From the NCBI RefSeq assembly GCF_009914755.1, contig NC_060946.1: a DNA stretch of 64,000 nucleotides; one strand, given 5' to 3'. Each line of letters begins with the position of its first letter. Within the stretch, counting starts at the first letter, position 1. Made by a program: the position numbers and the translations under genes. Below are positions 35,191-52,517 of the stretch, piece by piece. Source of the DNA: the human T2T-CHM13v2.0 reference genome, Homo sapiens. The notes beneath the pieces were generated by a model. The model searched no databases and was not told the origin of the DNA. It worked only from the letters and a program-made list of their open reading frames with translations.

Positions 35191-37509
35191 TTAAAAAGTC
35201 ACATTGTTTGGAGTAGAGGGGATGTGTTTAAAATGTGAACTCCTCCCTCACTGCTATTTTTGTTTCATAATAAAATAGCCTTTTATGTATCTTTTTCCCT
35301 ACTCAGTAGTGCCTTTCTTGAAGGGAGGGACTTTATGGTGTTTCTTAGCAGGGTGCCTGGCCCATTTTGGGTACTCTGTAAATGTTGAACTGAACTGAAT
35401 AGAGCAATGAAGAGCCAGTAGCTCCAGTGAGCCAATCAGTAATTACTCAAATTGCTAAAATGCTATTGATTAGTTTACCATGTAATTCATTCATTGACTC
35501 ACACCACACATGATACATGTAAGATCTGTGCTTAGTGCTGCAGCTGTGATTGATAGGATAAAATTAACTATGTGTAGCTTACTTTGAACTACTGACATAG
35601 GAGTAGCTCACATGCTATTAAATTATTAAATTTAATACATTTGTAATTTGCTAAAAATGTATATTTGTAATTTATATTTACAAAATAAATTTGTAAATTT
35701 GTAAATATAAATGTCTTAAGCCTTCATTCCTTTGCTTATACACACTCTTCATTTTCCCTCAAGGTTGAGTTACCATTTCACTTCCTTTTGAAAGCCGTTT
35801 CTGACCTTCAGGTGCTTTTGCCCTGTATTCCCTTGGCACTCTGTGCTTACCTCTTTCAAAGAACTTCACATAATCACTTAATTACCTACCAGTCTCACTA
35901 GAGTGAGAGCAGCCCGAGGCCAGGACTCTTATTTACCTCTGTTTTCAGTACCAACTTTCAGGCCTACCACATAATGAGCATCCAATAGTATTTTTATTAT
36001 TTTCTTGAACACCTGATTTTCTTGAGCCATGAGAGAGAAAATGAGAGCATACAAGAAAGACTTTAATTAGGAGGGGACAGGAAACGTTAAATATGACAGA
36101 TGACTGATTTCAAGGGGTAAAAAATGACTTGGTATTGTTACTTGGTTGTATAAATATGTTGACTAACCTTCATAAAGAAAGTGAATAGATTAAGCACTTT
36201 AGAGGTCAACATACCACAGAGGTAAAAAATAAACCTATCCATCTGTGTATACACACGCACATGGATTTTCCCCGGACATTACTGAGCCTCTGGGCAGCAA
36301 GTGTCTTTAACTACACCAAAACACACAAAAACCCAAAAAACAAAAACCCACACGAGTCGTCAGCTTGGCTGAGGACGCCATATGGCGTTTTGACTCAACC
36401 ATGATTCAGCTCAACTTTGTTGAGAGAGAACATCAATTAAGTTACACTATAAAAAGCATATTTTAGAGTGTGCTGGCAATTTCCTTTATTTTTACCTATG
36501 CCATGAGCTGGAATGCTACATGGAATTGTTTGGTAAGGTGTTCTGACTCAGCTTCAAAATACAGAAGTGGTCAGTGTGAGCCACCTCATACATTCAATTA
36601 TCTTAAATGCATGAAGTAGACAGGAAAGAGTTTGAGCCAGCCGAAATAAATAAAACCAATCGAAATAAATAAGGTTAGGATTGTGACCACCAGTACCCTC
36701 AGAGCAGAGTTTCTCAGCTCTTTCATTCTTCCAGTCTTTTGTAGTGGTCACTGGACCCAAGGGCTTGGTCACTGGACTGTGGGCAATGACACTCAAAAGC
36801 AAAGGAACTGTGGGACTACCAGTAGGGTGAGCTGGGCCCTGTGATGGCCACAAGCTTAGAGAAGTTATTAGAGTTAACGAGATGATCCATAAGTGGGGGA
36901 TGCTCTTTCATTATAGCTATTGAGGAGTTTGTGTACTGCTTAGAACAGTGTCTGGCACCTAATAGACACAGTTTAAGTGTTAGCGTTTTCGTTGTTGGTG
37001 TCATTGTCATCATCATCATCAATGAGAATATTATAAAACTATCAAAAGACATTTAAAAAGACTTAAGTGGTAAGATACACCATTGTATTATAGGAAACCT
37101 CAATAACAAAGACATCAATACCTCCCAAATTGACCTGTGGATTCAATGCCATTCATAATAAAATTGCAGCAGGGTTTTTGCTAGAAATTCACACAGATTT
37201 TCTAAGTTATATGAGAAACTCCTAGGTTTTCTCTTACTCTCTGAACTGTCATCCCTTTAAGGCTTTTTTGTTTTTTTGAGATAGGGTCTCACTGTGTCAC
37301 CTAGGCTGGAGTGCAGTGGTGCCATCACAGCGCCACCATGCCCCGCTAATTAAAAATTTTTTTTTTTTTTGGTAGAGATTAGCTCTCACTATGTTTCCCA
37401 GGCTGGTCTTGAACTCCTGGGCTCAAGTGATCCTCCTGCCTCAGCCTCCCATAGTATTGCGATTACAGGTGTGAGCCACTGTTCCTGGAACCCTTTAAGG
37501 TTTTTTTAC

Positions 37510-40310
<2,801 letters not shown>

Positions 40311-40689
40311 TTTAAAATAAGGTTTAAATAATATCTTATGTACAAAATCTTTCTCTAAGCATGTAAAGACATTCTCCTTATATTTTCTTCCAAAGCCTTG
40401 CAATTTTGTCTTCCATGTAATTCCTAAATCCACCTGGAGTTACTTTTTGGGTAGTGTAAGTAAGGATCCAATTCAGTTTTTTTCTTTTTAGATTAACAGT
40501 TGTTACAGCACCTCTTCGAGCACAGTCCATCTTCCCCAGGTCTTTAATGCTATTGATAGATGCCATTTACCAAGTTACCATGTATACACAGTTCTGCTCT
40601 TGGGCTGTCTTTTCCAGTGGTTGACTTTCTGCCTCTGTGCTAATTTCACCTTTTCTTAGCTTCTCTTTCATTTTCTTCTCTTTTCATGT

Positions 40690-40978
40690 TTTCTTAGAGA
40701 CAAGGTCTCGCTGTGTCACCCAGGCCTGAGTGCAGTGTTGTGATCATAGCTCACCATAGCCTTGAACTCCTGGGTTCAAGCAGTCCTTCTGCATCAGGCT
40801 CCCAAGTAGCTGGGACTACGAGGCACAGACCATCAAGCCCAGCTAATTAAAACAAGTTTTTTTGTTTTTTTTTTTTTGTAGAGATAGGGTCTTGCTATGT
40901 TAGGCAGGTCTTGAACTCTCCTGGCTTCTGCCTCTCAAAGCACTGGAATTATAGGCATATGAACCACTGCGCCTGGCC
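40690..40978 (-). mobile_element. AluJ-type SINE
   Basis: Diverged Alu consensus. Confidence 0.85.
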
Positions 40979-41118
40979 GCCTTAGTTCCTTTCATTTAGC
41001 ACAGTGCGTTTGTTCTGATGAAAGATGAATTTTCAATGTGATGAGGACAGTGGGAAAGAGGAAGTGTGTGGTTTTTGGGGAGTGGGGAGAGGACTGGTAT
41101 GTTTGGAGCCCTTTAAAG

Positions 41119-41431
41119 CAGGGGTTGCCAGACCATGGCCAGATCTGGCCTACTACCTGTTTTTTTTATGACCCATGAGTTAAGAATGGTTTTTTACGTT
41201 TCTAAATGGTTGGGGAGATGATAAAGTTTCATGACACATGAAAATTATATGAATTTAAATTTTAGTTTCCACAAACAGTTTCATTAGAGCCCAGCCATGT
41301 TCACTTGTTTAGGTGTTTCCTGTGGCTGCGTTTGTGCACTGGGGGAGTTGAGAGTGTGACAGAGGCTGTTTGGCCATCAGAGCTGGAAATATTCACTCTC
41401 TGACCCTTTACAGAAAAAGTTTGTGACCCTG
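41119..41431 (+). mobile_element. MER58B-like MITE
   Basis: caggggttgcca...ccctttacagaaaaagtttgtgaccctg terminal repeats. Confidence 0.8.
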
Positions 41432-43262
41432 CAAAATGGATTGGTCTGGGTTGTCAGGACGGCTTCGGAATCCTGGATGTGACAGAAGAGGAGAGAAGAG
41501 TGTGAAAAGAAGTTTTGAGTTCTGCGCAGATTTCAAAATTTTACCCTAGGCTGTTTGTGGCAGGAGATACAGATGTTTTTATTTTCTGTTTTTGTTCAAT
41601 CCTGCCCAGTCAAATCAGCAAGATTATGGTTTTAGATAACAACCAGTGATTGTTGTTTTAATCTGTGAACTTGTGTGGATTTTAATAGTTTTTCTCACTG
41701 GCAGTTGTTAAACTACTCTAAACCACATATGCCAGTTTTTAAGTAAATCTAAGGTATTAGAATAAATCTTTTAACAAGTATGAAGGTCTTAGTTGTAGCA
41801 TTACAATGACTAGCATGTAGCTTTTTTTTTTTTTCAGTAGGAGGTCCCACCTGATGATTGAACTGTAAAATGTGTGTGCATACAGTATATTAGACCTATC
41901 TAACCTGTTACATATAATCACAGGTAGTTTTCTTTAATTTTACTCAAACAGGACTTGCCAAGATTAAACCCTACAGATCTGTTCAAACTTGAGGGAAATG
42001 AAATTCTACCTTTTGTATAATTCAAAGGATTTTTTTGGTTCTGTAATGTAACATTTCATTTATACATTGTCTTCAGGGTATGCATTCCTTTGTAATAGGA
42101 ATGTCTAACGGTTGAATTTTAATTGTCCTTGTAAGTACTTTCCGCCTTCTGTGAATGAAGTAGCTAAGCTTTTTAAAGTCGCTGTACATTTTTTGTTAGT
42201 TTGGTTAAAGCAGAAATGACAGCAGTTATTATTAATAACTTTTGTAATATTGGAGTGATTGATCTTTACTATTTCATTGTCGTTAATCATTACACATATT
42301 TAGCTGCATTGTCTTGACAGTGAACGTAGATTTTGCAGACAAGAGTATACTAGGACTATTCTGGATCTGTAATGCCAAATAGTTTTCTTTCAAGGCTGTA
42401 GAGAAGGTAAAGATGTATAGAAGAGTTAAATGCTTTCATAGTATTTACTGTTACTGAATAAAAGCTTCTTTGTCCTCATCTGATGAAAGTTGTTGACATA
42501 TTATATTGTATAAAAATATGGTGAATAGAAGCTATAGATATTTATTATATGACTCTAGAGGAAGAGTTTTACTGACACCATTTATAAAAGGAAACACATC
42601 TAAAACATGTTCTTTGCTCTTAAGAAATTTAAAATACAGTTAATTGGGTTATAACTCCTCCCAGACCCTCAAGCTTATCCACTGTATCATTTAATGGGAA
42701 AGGAGAAATTCGATGTTTGCTTAACAGCAGTCATAAAATATCTATATGATATTCACATCTTAAAATCTGACACGTTTTTAAGTTTCTGAGTAGAGATTAT
42801 ATGGATTTCTTAATGGGAAAGGGAGGGTTGAGCTGATGCCTCACTTTCCCCTTTCTGTTGCTGACTCAAAGGGTACTGATTTCACTGCCTATGTCAGGCT
42901 TGATTCCTGGCTCTGAGCACAAGCTCTGTAAGTGCTTGGATTACATAGCAAGGCTGTGATGCAGTCAGGGGCCACTTTTGAGTGTGCAAACAGTCTCATC
43001 ACTGTTTAAAACTTGAACAAATTCAATTAATGGGTGCCAATTCTGGGCCCTAGAGATACAGAAAAGAATAAGATAGTCTCCATTTTTCAAGGACTTAACA
43101 GTCTAGCCGGGGAGATAGGTTATATAAATCTTATCTGATGTGGACAAGTTATTCCAGTCTTATGAACAGATCTCCAGGGCTTCATAGAGGGAGTCTGTTT
43201 GTCTGGAAAAGTGGAGGAGTTTCTCCAGGTCTGAGTTTCCCAAAGGTTTGAAAGGAGATGCA

Positions 43263-43560
43263 GGCCAGGCGCAGTGGCTCACGCATGTAATCCCAACACT
43301 CTGGGAGGCCGAGGCGGGCAGATCACGAGGTCAGGAGACCGAGACCAGCCTGACCAAAATGGTGAAACCCTGTCTCTACTAAAATACAAAAAAATTAGCC
43401 GGGCGTGGTGGCATGCACCTGTAGTCCCAGCTACTCAGGAGGCTGAGGCAGAAGAATCACTTGAACCCAGGAGGTGGAGGTTGCAGTGAGCTGAGATCAC
43501 GCTACTGCACTCCAGCCTGGGCAACAGAGCAAGACTCCATCTCAAAAAAAAAAAAAAAAA
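43263..43560 (+). mobile_element. AluS-type SINE
   Basis: TSD aaaggagatg(c/t)a. Confidence 0.9.
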
Positions 43561-44496
43561 GGAGATGTAAGTTTCTCCCAGGCAGAGGATTGGGAGATTT
43601 GGAGAGGACTTTCTTCTGGTGGTGAGATATGTTTGAGCAAAGACAGAAGATTGGCGAAATCGGGGGTTTTCAGGAATCCATGGTTTACAACCTGGGGAGA
43701 GCATATGACAGTGATCACAGCTCCACATTATTTTTTCTTTATACTGCAAACGCGAATTATTGTGTGCCAAATAGATGCTGTCATGATTACTCTTTAGTCG
43801 CTATTAATAGTTATTTGGATTTCAGGAATGTTTTGGTTGGCCTTAGCTCAGTTAAATGCTTTTCATTTGGTTAAAATTATTATAAGGGCATGGTGCATAT
43901 ATAACAAATTACCATGTAGCATTGGGAATTATTCACAACATAGTTCATGAACTTAGTATTTATTCTATGGTCGGGAAATCATTTTTCCCATTTTCTTTAA
44001 GAATATTGCTTTTCTTCTGTCTTGTTTAGTCTGTACCATAGTTTGATTCCAAAGCTTTTGCTGTGCTAGATACCAATTTTGAGTAAAACAGATGTTACGA
44101 TTGCAAGGAATGACTTCAGGGAAGACCATTCACGGGGGAAAGGTGGTTCCCATATAAGAGGCAGACGGCAAAGGATCAGGTGAAAGAAATAATTCTCGCT
44201 GCTTTCTTACAGCTGTAAATACACATTCTTAGTCATCTCAGTAGGAAAAGAGAGGCGTTATTGAAGCTTATTCAAGTTGCAGAGCTCTACTTTTACTTGA
44301 CTATAGCATTAAATAATAAATGGCTTCAAAACTTCATGCAGATGGGGCAAATAGAGGTGATTAGTTTTGTTCTTTGTCCTAGAAATTGTGATCAGCCTTA
44401 GCATTCTTCATAGTGTTTTAAACTCCTGGTTATTTTCTTAGCTGATGAGTGTCTACAATATATTTGGTACTCCTTAAAGCTACCTTAAGAATGTTA

Positions 44497-44913
<417 letters not shown>

Positions 44914-46436
44914 TTAATTTGGTCACTCAGTTGCCGAGACACTGAGTCAAAGTTTCATTATTTACACTCAGGGCTGACTGGGGGAGACATAGACAAATTA
45001 TTTTATGTGCAGTTTCCCAGTTTTTAATTAATTTATACTCTGCCTCTTTCAAAACCAAGTTTGAGATACCTTAAAAAATAAATACGAGAAAAAGATAAGG
45101 GGGGAAATTAGGGGTAGTGGAAAAGCCAGATAGAAAAAGTAAGGATTCATGTTGTTTGGGTCATAAATTTGACTCCAGACTTAAGAAAGGCCCCGACAGA
45201 GAGAAAACATAATAAATAATGTGAGTTCTATTGTCTGTTCGTAAGATAAAAACACACATCACTTGGTGTATAAGAAGCCATGGTACTGAAGTTCAAGGAA
45301 AGACGTGTTTCCTCTGCCCCCGGAAAAGGGGCTTCCATAGGTGTCTTCTGCGGCAACTGAGCAGCTCTGTAACCTGGGCAGCTCAGTGTCCAGAGTTCTG
45401 AATGAACATGTGGCTCCCTGCTGGTCTGGCTCAATCCAAGGGTGAAAGGTAGGGCACTGTGAATCTACAGCGAGAGCAGAAGGAGAAAATTCATATGGTC
45501 TGAATCATTTGGCATTTATAGAATCTCTTAAATTGTCCAATGTGGCAACTTTCCTTCTAACGTTAAAAGAGATTTGCTGTTTCTTTAGGGGATTTATGGA
45601 ATGAGGAAGTTGGCTTGCATTTAGGTGCAATGTTGCACAAAAAATTCTTATCTTTAGAGCTCTGGAATGATAGCCAGTGCAGGCAGTACTCCTGGCATGA
45701 GAGGCACGCAGAGACTGAGATGCCCAGAGGGTACAACCACAGGTTCATCTTTCTCCCTGGGCATACATTCTTGGTGGAAGAACAGGCACACTTTACATTC
45801 TCCCCCTCTCCTTTCTCTCCCATCTATGTAGTTGACTGTAGAAGTTTGGTGTGTGTGTTGTCAGCCTCACTGTGTCTACAGAGTAGATAGTATCCTTGTC
45901 CTACAGGAATATTGTTTCTTATAACTGAACTTAGCTACATATTGGGTGACAGAGGACCAGAATATATTCTCTGTCTAGAACATTAAATAAAGATACTCTG
46001 TTCTGATTCAGGGTAGATCCATAAGCATGAGCAGTCACTGGAACTGGGATTTGGGTTGTCATGGGTAGTGGAAGTGCTCAGGCCAGAGTGCTTCACTTGG
46101 CCTTGTGTCTCTGCCAGTTACTGGCTGAGTGATTTGTGCAAGTTACTTACCATCTCTACTTCACTTACCTTATCTGTAAATGGAGAGGACAGTGTTGGCC
46201 TCATAAGGCTGTTGCAGAGACTGAGATAATACATGAGAAGTGACAAGAACAGTGTCTGGTGCATAGTAAGTGCTCAATATGTGTAGATCTTTTATTTGGT
46301 GTTGTAAATTAAGGAGCTAAAGCAGATAAACGTAGCGTACCTCCCCACAATAGTAGATAAAAGCAGTTTTCTGAATAGGACATTTGGAAATCATAATCTT
46401 TTTTTTCTGATTCGTGATAATTTTATCCTTTTTCAG

Positions 46437-46628
46437 AGAAACAGCACCCAGGACTATCTTCCAAAGAGTTCTGGATATCCTAAAGAAATCTTCTCATGCT
46501 GTTGAGCTTGCCTGCAGAGATCCATCCCAAGTGGAAAACCTGGCTTCCAGTCTGCAGTTAATAACAGAATGCTTCAGGTGTCTTCGCAATGCTTGCATAG
46601 AGTGTTCTGTGAACCAGAATTCAATCAG
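46437..46628 (+). CDS. ATXN10: Ataxin-10 exon 2 ([17 protein letters not shown]...[20 protein letters not shown]), 192 nt
   Basis: Acceptor ttttatcctttttcag|, donor CAG|GTAGTT. Lies within ORF 46414..46632. Phase 2-2. Confidence 0.97.
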
Positions 46629-46696
46629 GTAGTTACACACGTACCTTGGATTCTGTTTCTTTGTATATGTGCATGCTGGTTCTGTCATTTGGTTTA

Positions 46697-47021
<325 letters not shown>

Positions 47022-48337
47022 GTTGTTCTGGCATGATAGTATCACCCACTGTTATTGCAGGATTGCCCTTTACATCTGCTGGGAGAGGCCCTCTACAGGC
47101 CTTGCCATTGGAGTCTCTCTGACTAGTGTATAAAATAATGGAGTGTGTTTAACATTAGGGGTTAGATTTCTTGTTTGTTTTTATCACATGTTTTGAGGTA
47201 TTTGGTTCTTCATAGTGTTTTGAAGCTGATTTTGAGTCTTTGTTCCTAGATTTTACCTGCCTAAGTTTATATGCAGTTCTTGACCTCAGGTTGTAAATGT
47301 TTTAATTACTTTTAATGTTTTAATTTGTTACTCTTGTGTTTGGACAAGAAGCATATTTTGTAAATTTACAAGATGACCTGTCTTTCCTAAAGATCATGTA
47401 AAGTTCCAAGCTCTGCTTCCACCTATTTTATGATGCGCACATTTTTAAAAGTAGTTAAAACATGAGCAGGCGAGCTGTCCAGTGCTCTTCTTTGCTTTTA
47501 CGTGTTACCGTCTCCTCCCAGAACACAGCATCTTTCTTCTTTGATTTTGTGGAACCTGCTTTTTATTAAAAATTTTTACTTGAAGTCAGAAGCCACAAAC
47601 AGGATGCTCACTTTCCTTCCTGGACTTGGATGTAGACAGAGCCTCCAGGCTTCCCTGTCACCACTGTGACGGGTAAGCTTGGGCTGGTCCAGAAGCCACT
47701 TGAGGGACTCCCTTCGGTTAGACACATATACCCGAGGCTTTGATATGATTAATGAGATTTTTAAGATCAAAGGAGAGAGGGTAAAAAGTGAGTCGTGTAA
47801 CTTCAATACTAAACCAAACCTGCCATCCATTTGAGGATAAATGGATAGAAACAACAATAATCTTGATAATAATAGTCTACATTCTAAAACATAACTAGTT
47901 ATATGCTAGAAGCATCTGGCCAGAAGGCTAGTTTCTTTTGTCCTTTTCCAGTCAAAAGGTGCTCTAGTGTGATGGGGAAGGAAAGGAGAGCCGTAGAACT
48001 AACTTTTGACTGTGGCTGGCAGATACACCTTTGTGCTTGGCTAATCTTGGTGGGGAAGGGAGTGAGCATTCGTTGAGCCTGCCTTCGGCATTGGGCTTTG
48101 TCCCAAGGGTTTTGCTTGTAGTATCTTCTTTAATTCTTAGAACAAACTCAAGAAATTTTTTCATTTTTACAAAAGATGAAACTGTAACTTGGAGAGGTTA
48201 AATAACTTGTCTGAGAGTCACTTGTTAAGTGAGAGAGGCTGGGAACATTCTCTCCATATCCAGACATCTGACTCTAAAGCTTAAGCTTAACAAGCAGTCT
48301 GCCCTTACTGTTCTGAGCTTAAGCTCAAAAGCAGTCT

Positions 48338-48634
<297 letters not shown>

Positions 48635-49559
48635 CTACCCTTGCTGTCCTGAGCCTTACACACTGGTCTTGTTGTGGATGACTGCTCCATCTTGACCCTG
48701 GACAGGTGACTTGGTCTTCCTGAGTATCAGTTTTGTCCTCTGTAAAACTAGGTAAGCAATGTCTTCCAAACAGGCTGGTTATGGGGTGTAAATGAGATTA
48801 CTTATGTAAATGCCTAATGCACATTGTGTGCTCAGTAAACATTAAATGTTTCTGCCTCTGCCTCAGGAATGAATGTACAACACAAGTTTATGTTAATACT
48901 TTCTTTCAAAGCAGTCAATTTTTATTTTCTTTTTTGAGTAATATATGCAAACTATAAAAATTCAAACATTACAAAAATAAATACTATGACAAGTAAGTTA
49001 TCGGTGGTCTTTTGGTAGGGCCAGCAAAGCAAGGGCTGTGCTGTTTGTGATATCTTTTTATTGCATGCAACTTATGGTTGGGCGGAAATGAAAATGAACA
49101 TTTAAGGGTGTTAATTTTTCTGCCTCTTCCCTTCTAGGATTGTATTATTATTCACTGTTGATTTTTAAAGGAAAATTTCAACCATTTAGGGCAGCAATTT
49201 TCAGAAAAGAATTTTCTAGTTAGAAATACTACAAAGATTCTAGTAAAGACTTTGTGGCCAAGCTTAACTAAGGCCAGTATTTCTGAGCCAGTCAAGATTC
49301 AGATTGCAACTAGTACATATTTTTCTGATGTTTTACTTTAAGTCGTTAAAGAGTTCATCAAAAGGTGTGATGCTATTAAAGCCTAGATCTTTTTACATCT
49401 TTTGCACTTTGTGTGGACTGGGACTGTTTTTGCCAAGAATGCATGGAATGGGGTAAAATACAATAAAGCAAAGAATCTGAGTCATGGGAAACTTCAGGAA
49501 GTACTCAAAGAAAGCTGTTGGAAGCAGTTAGCTCTGCATGTAAATATAACCTCTACTGC

Positions 49560-49692
49560 TAGGGTTGCTATATTTTTCCTGTAAAGAGCCAGATAATAAA
49601 TAATTTAGGCTTTGTAATCTCTGTCAGATTTCTCAGCTCTCCCATTGTAGTGCAAAAACAGCCATAGACAATATATGAATGAATGAACATGT
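49560..49692 (-). mobile_element. Truncated MER58A-like MITE
   Basis: ctgtaaagagccagataataaataatttaggcttt...cagccatagacaatatatgaatgaatg. Confidence 0.75.
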
Positions 49693-49720
49693 CTAATTTT
49701 GTCTTTTTTAAAAAACCCAG

Positions 49721-49803
49721 GAACTTGGATACGATTGGTGTTGCTGTTGATTTGATTCTTCTGTTTCGTGAACTGCGAGTGGAACAGGAATCTCTGTTGA
49801 CAG
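49721..49803 (+). CDS. ATXN10: Ataxin-10 exon 3 (NLDTIGVAVDLILLFRELRVEQESLLT), 83 nt
   Basis: Acceptor aaaaacccag|, donor CAG|GTAGCA. Lies within ORF 49683..49868. Frame continuous with exons 2 and 4. Confidence 0.96.
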
Positions 49804-49969
49804 GTAGCATGCAATATAATTCATGGATTATTTATATCTTTATAAAGGGTTCAAAACCAGTACTTTGAGTATTAACATCATTCATTGAAACACATGTTCT
49901 GTATTTCATGAGATAGGGAAACTTTAATAGTGAATTATTAAAGAATTATAAAGTTGTATCAACTTCCCT

Positions 49970-50680
49970 TCCTGAATGGCTGAATTTTGTTCCTTTCACA
50001 TTTGTATGTTGAAGTCTGTCTGTTCCAGTTGCTATAACAAAATGCCTTAGGCTGGGTAGTTTATAAACAACAGAAATGTATTGCTTACAGTTCTGGAGGC
50101 TGGAAAGTCCAAGATTAAGGTACCAGCAGATTGGGTGTTTTGCGGGGGCTGCTCTCGTCTTCATAGATGGTGCCTCTTGCTTTGTTCTCCTGTGGTGGAA
50201 GGTGGAAGGCAGAAGGCATAAACAAGCTCTCTGGGCCCCTTTTATAAGGGCACTAATCCCATTCACGAGGGCTGCACCATCATGACCTAGTCACTTCCCA
50301 AAGGCCCCATCTTATACTAGCAAGTTGGGGATTAGATTTCAGCATAGGAATTTCGGAGGGGCACAGATATTCAGATCATAGCATGGTCCTAACCCCCAAT
50401 ACCCAGAATGTGACTGAATTTGGAGATAGGATCTTTAAAGAGGTAATTAAGGTAAAATGAGGGTATATGACTGGTATCCTTATAGGAAGAGGAAATTAGG
50501 ACATGGCCATGCTCAGAGTAGAGACCATGTGAAGACACAGGGAGAAGATGACCATCTACAGGCCAAGGAGCGAGACCTCAGAAGAAATCAGCCCTCTCGA
50601 CACCTTGATCTTGGACCTCCAGCCACCAGAACTGTGTAAAAATAAATGTCTGTTGTTTAAGCCATTCAGTCTGTGGTAAG
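49970..50680 (+). mobile_element. MLT1B-like LTR with an antisense MLT1A0-like LTR nested at 50017-50383
   Basis: The host sequence tatgttgaagtc|ctaaccccc is split by the insert; both carry MaLR motifs. Confidence 0.8.
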
Positions 50681-51094
50681 ACTTTTAATATTTATGAATG
50701 TGACAGGCCCTGGTCCAGGTTTTGGGTGTGATTCAAACAGTGACCAAAACAGACAAAAAGTGTCTGTCCTTAGAGAACTCACATTCCGTTGAGGGGAACC
50801 ACATGTTAAGTGTCTAAGTCAAGTATCTAGTGTGATGAAAATGGAACTTAGCTCTGATTGTTAACGGTTGTTGACTTGGGATTAAGAGAAACACCACACT
50901 TCTTTAGACTCATTAGTAGAATGGTTTTGGTCTTTGTTCTTCTAGCATCAACATCTTTCCTTTGGACAGTGGTTATTATCTTAACATAATGTTTAAAAAA
51001 AAAACGTAGATTTTTAATTTATGATCTCTTTGTGCCAGGAATTGAAATACTTTATGGGTAAACCTAAATTATTTGATAAAAAAATCTTAATGTA

Positions 51095-51748
<654 letters not shown>

Positions 51749-51773
51749 TTATAGGTTAAATTTTGTTGTTGTT

Positions 51774-52066
<293 letters not shown>

Positions 52067-52217
52067 TTGTCATTGTAATAACGTCTTTACCTTATAATTC
52101 AATGAATATAACCTTTAAATGAGAAGTCTCCAGTTGCATTTAAAATATTATTTGACTTACAAATTGTTTTATATACAGTTTTAATGCCTGTACTTTGCAT
52201 ATAACATGAGGCATATT

Positions 52218-52517
52218 TCTTTTTTTTTTTTTTGAGATGGAGTCTTACTCTGTCGCCCAGGCTGGAGTGCAGTGGTGCGATATTGGCTCGCTGCAACCAC
52301 CGCCTTCCCGCCGGGTTCAAGCGATTCTCCTGCCTCAGCCTCCCGAGTAGCTGGGATTACAGGCGCCTGCCACCGCACTCGGCTGATTTTTTGTATTTTT
52401 TTATTAGAGATGGGGTTTCACCTTGGCCAGGCAGGTCTTGAACTCCTGACCTCATAATCTACCCACCTCGGCCTCTCAAAGTGCTGGGATTACAGGCATG
52501 AACCACCGCACCTGGCC
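52218..52517 (-). mobile_element. AluS-type SINE
   Basis: TSD tgaggcatatttct. Confidence 0.9.
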
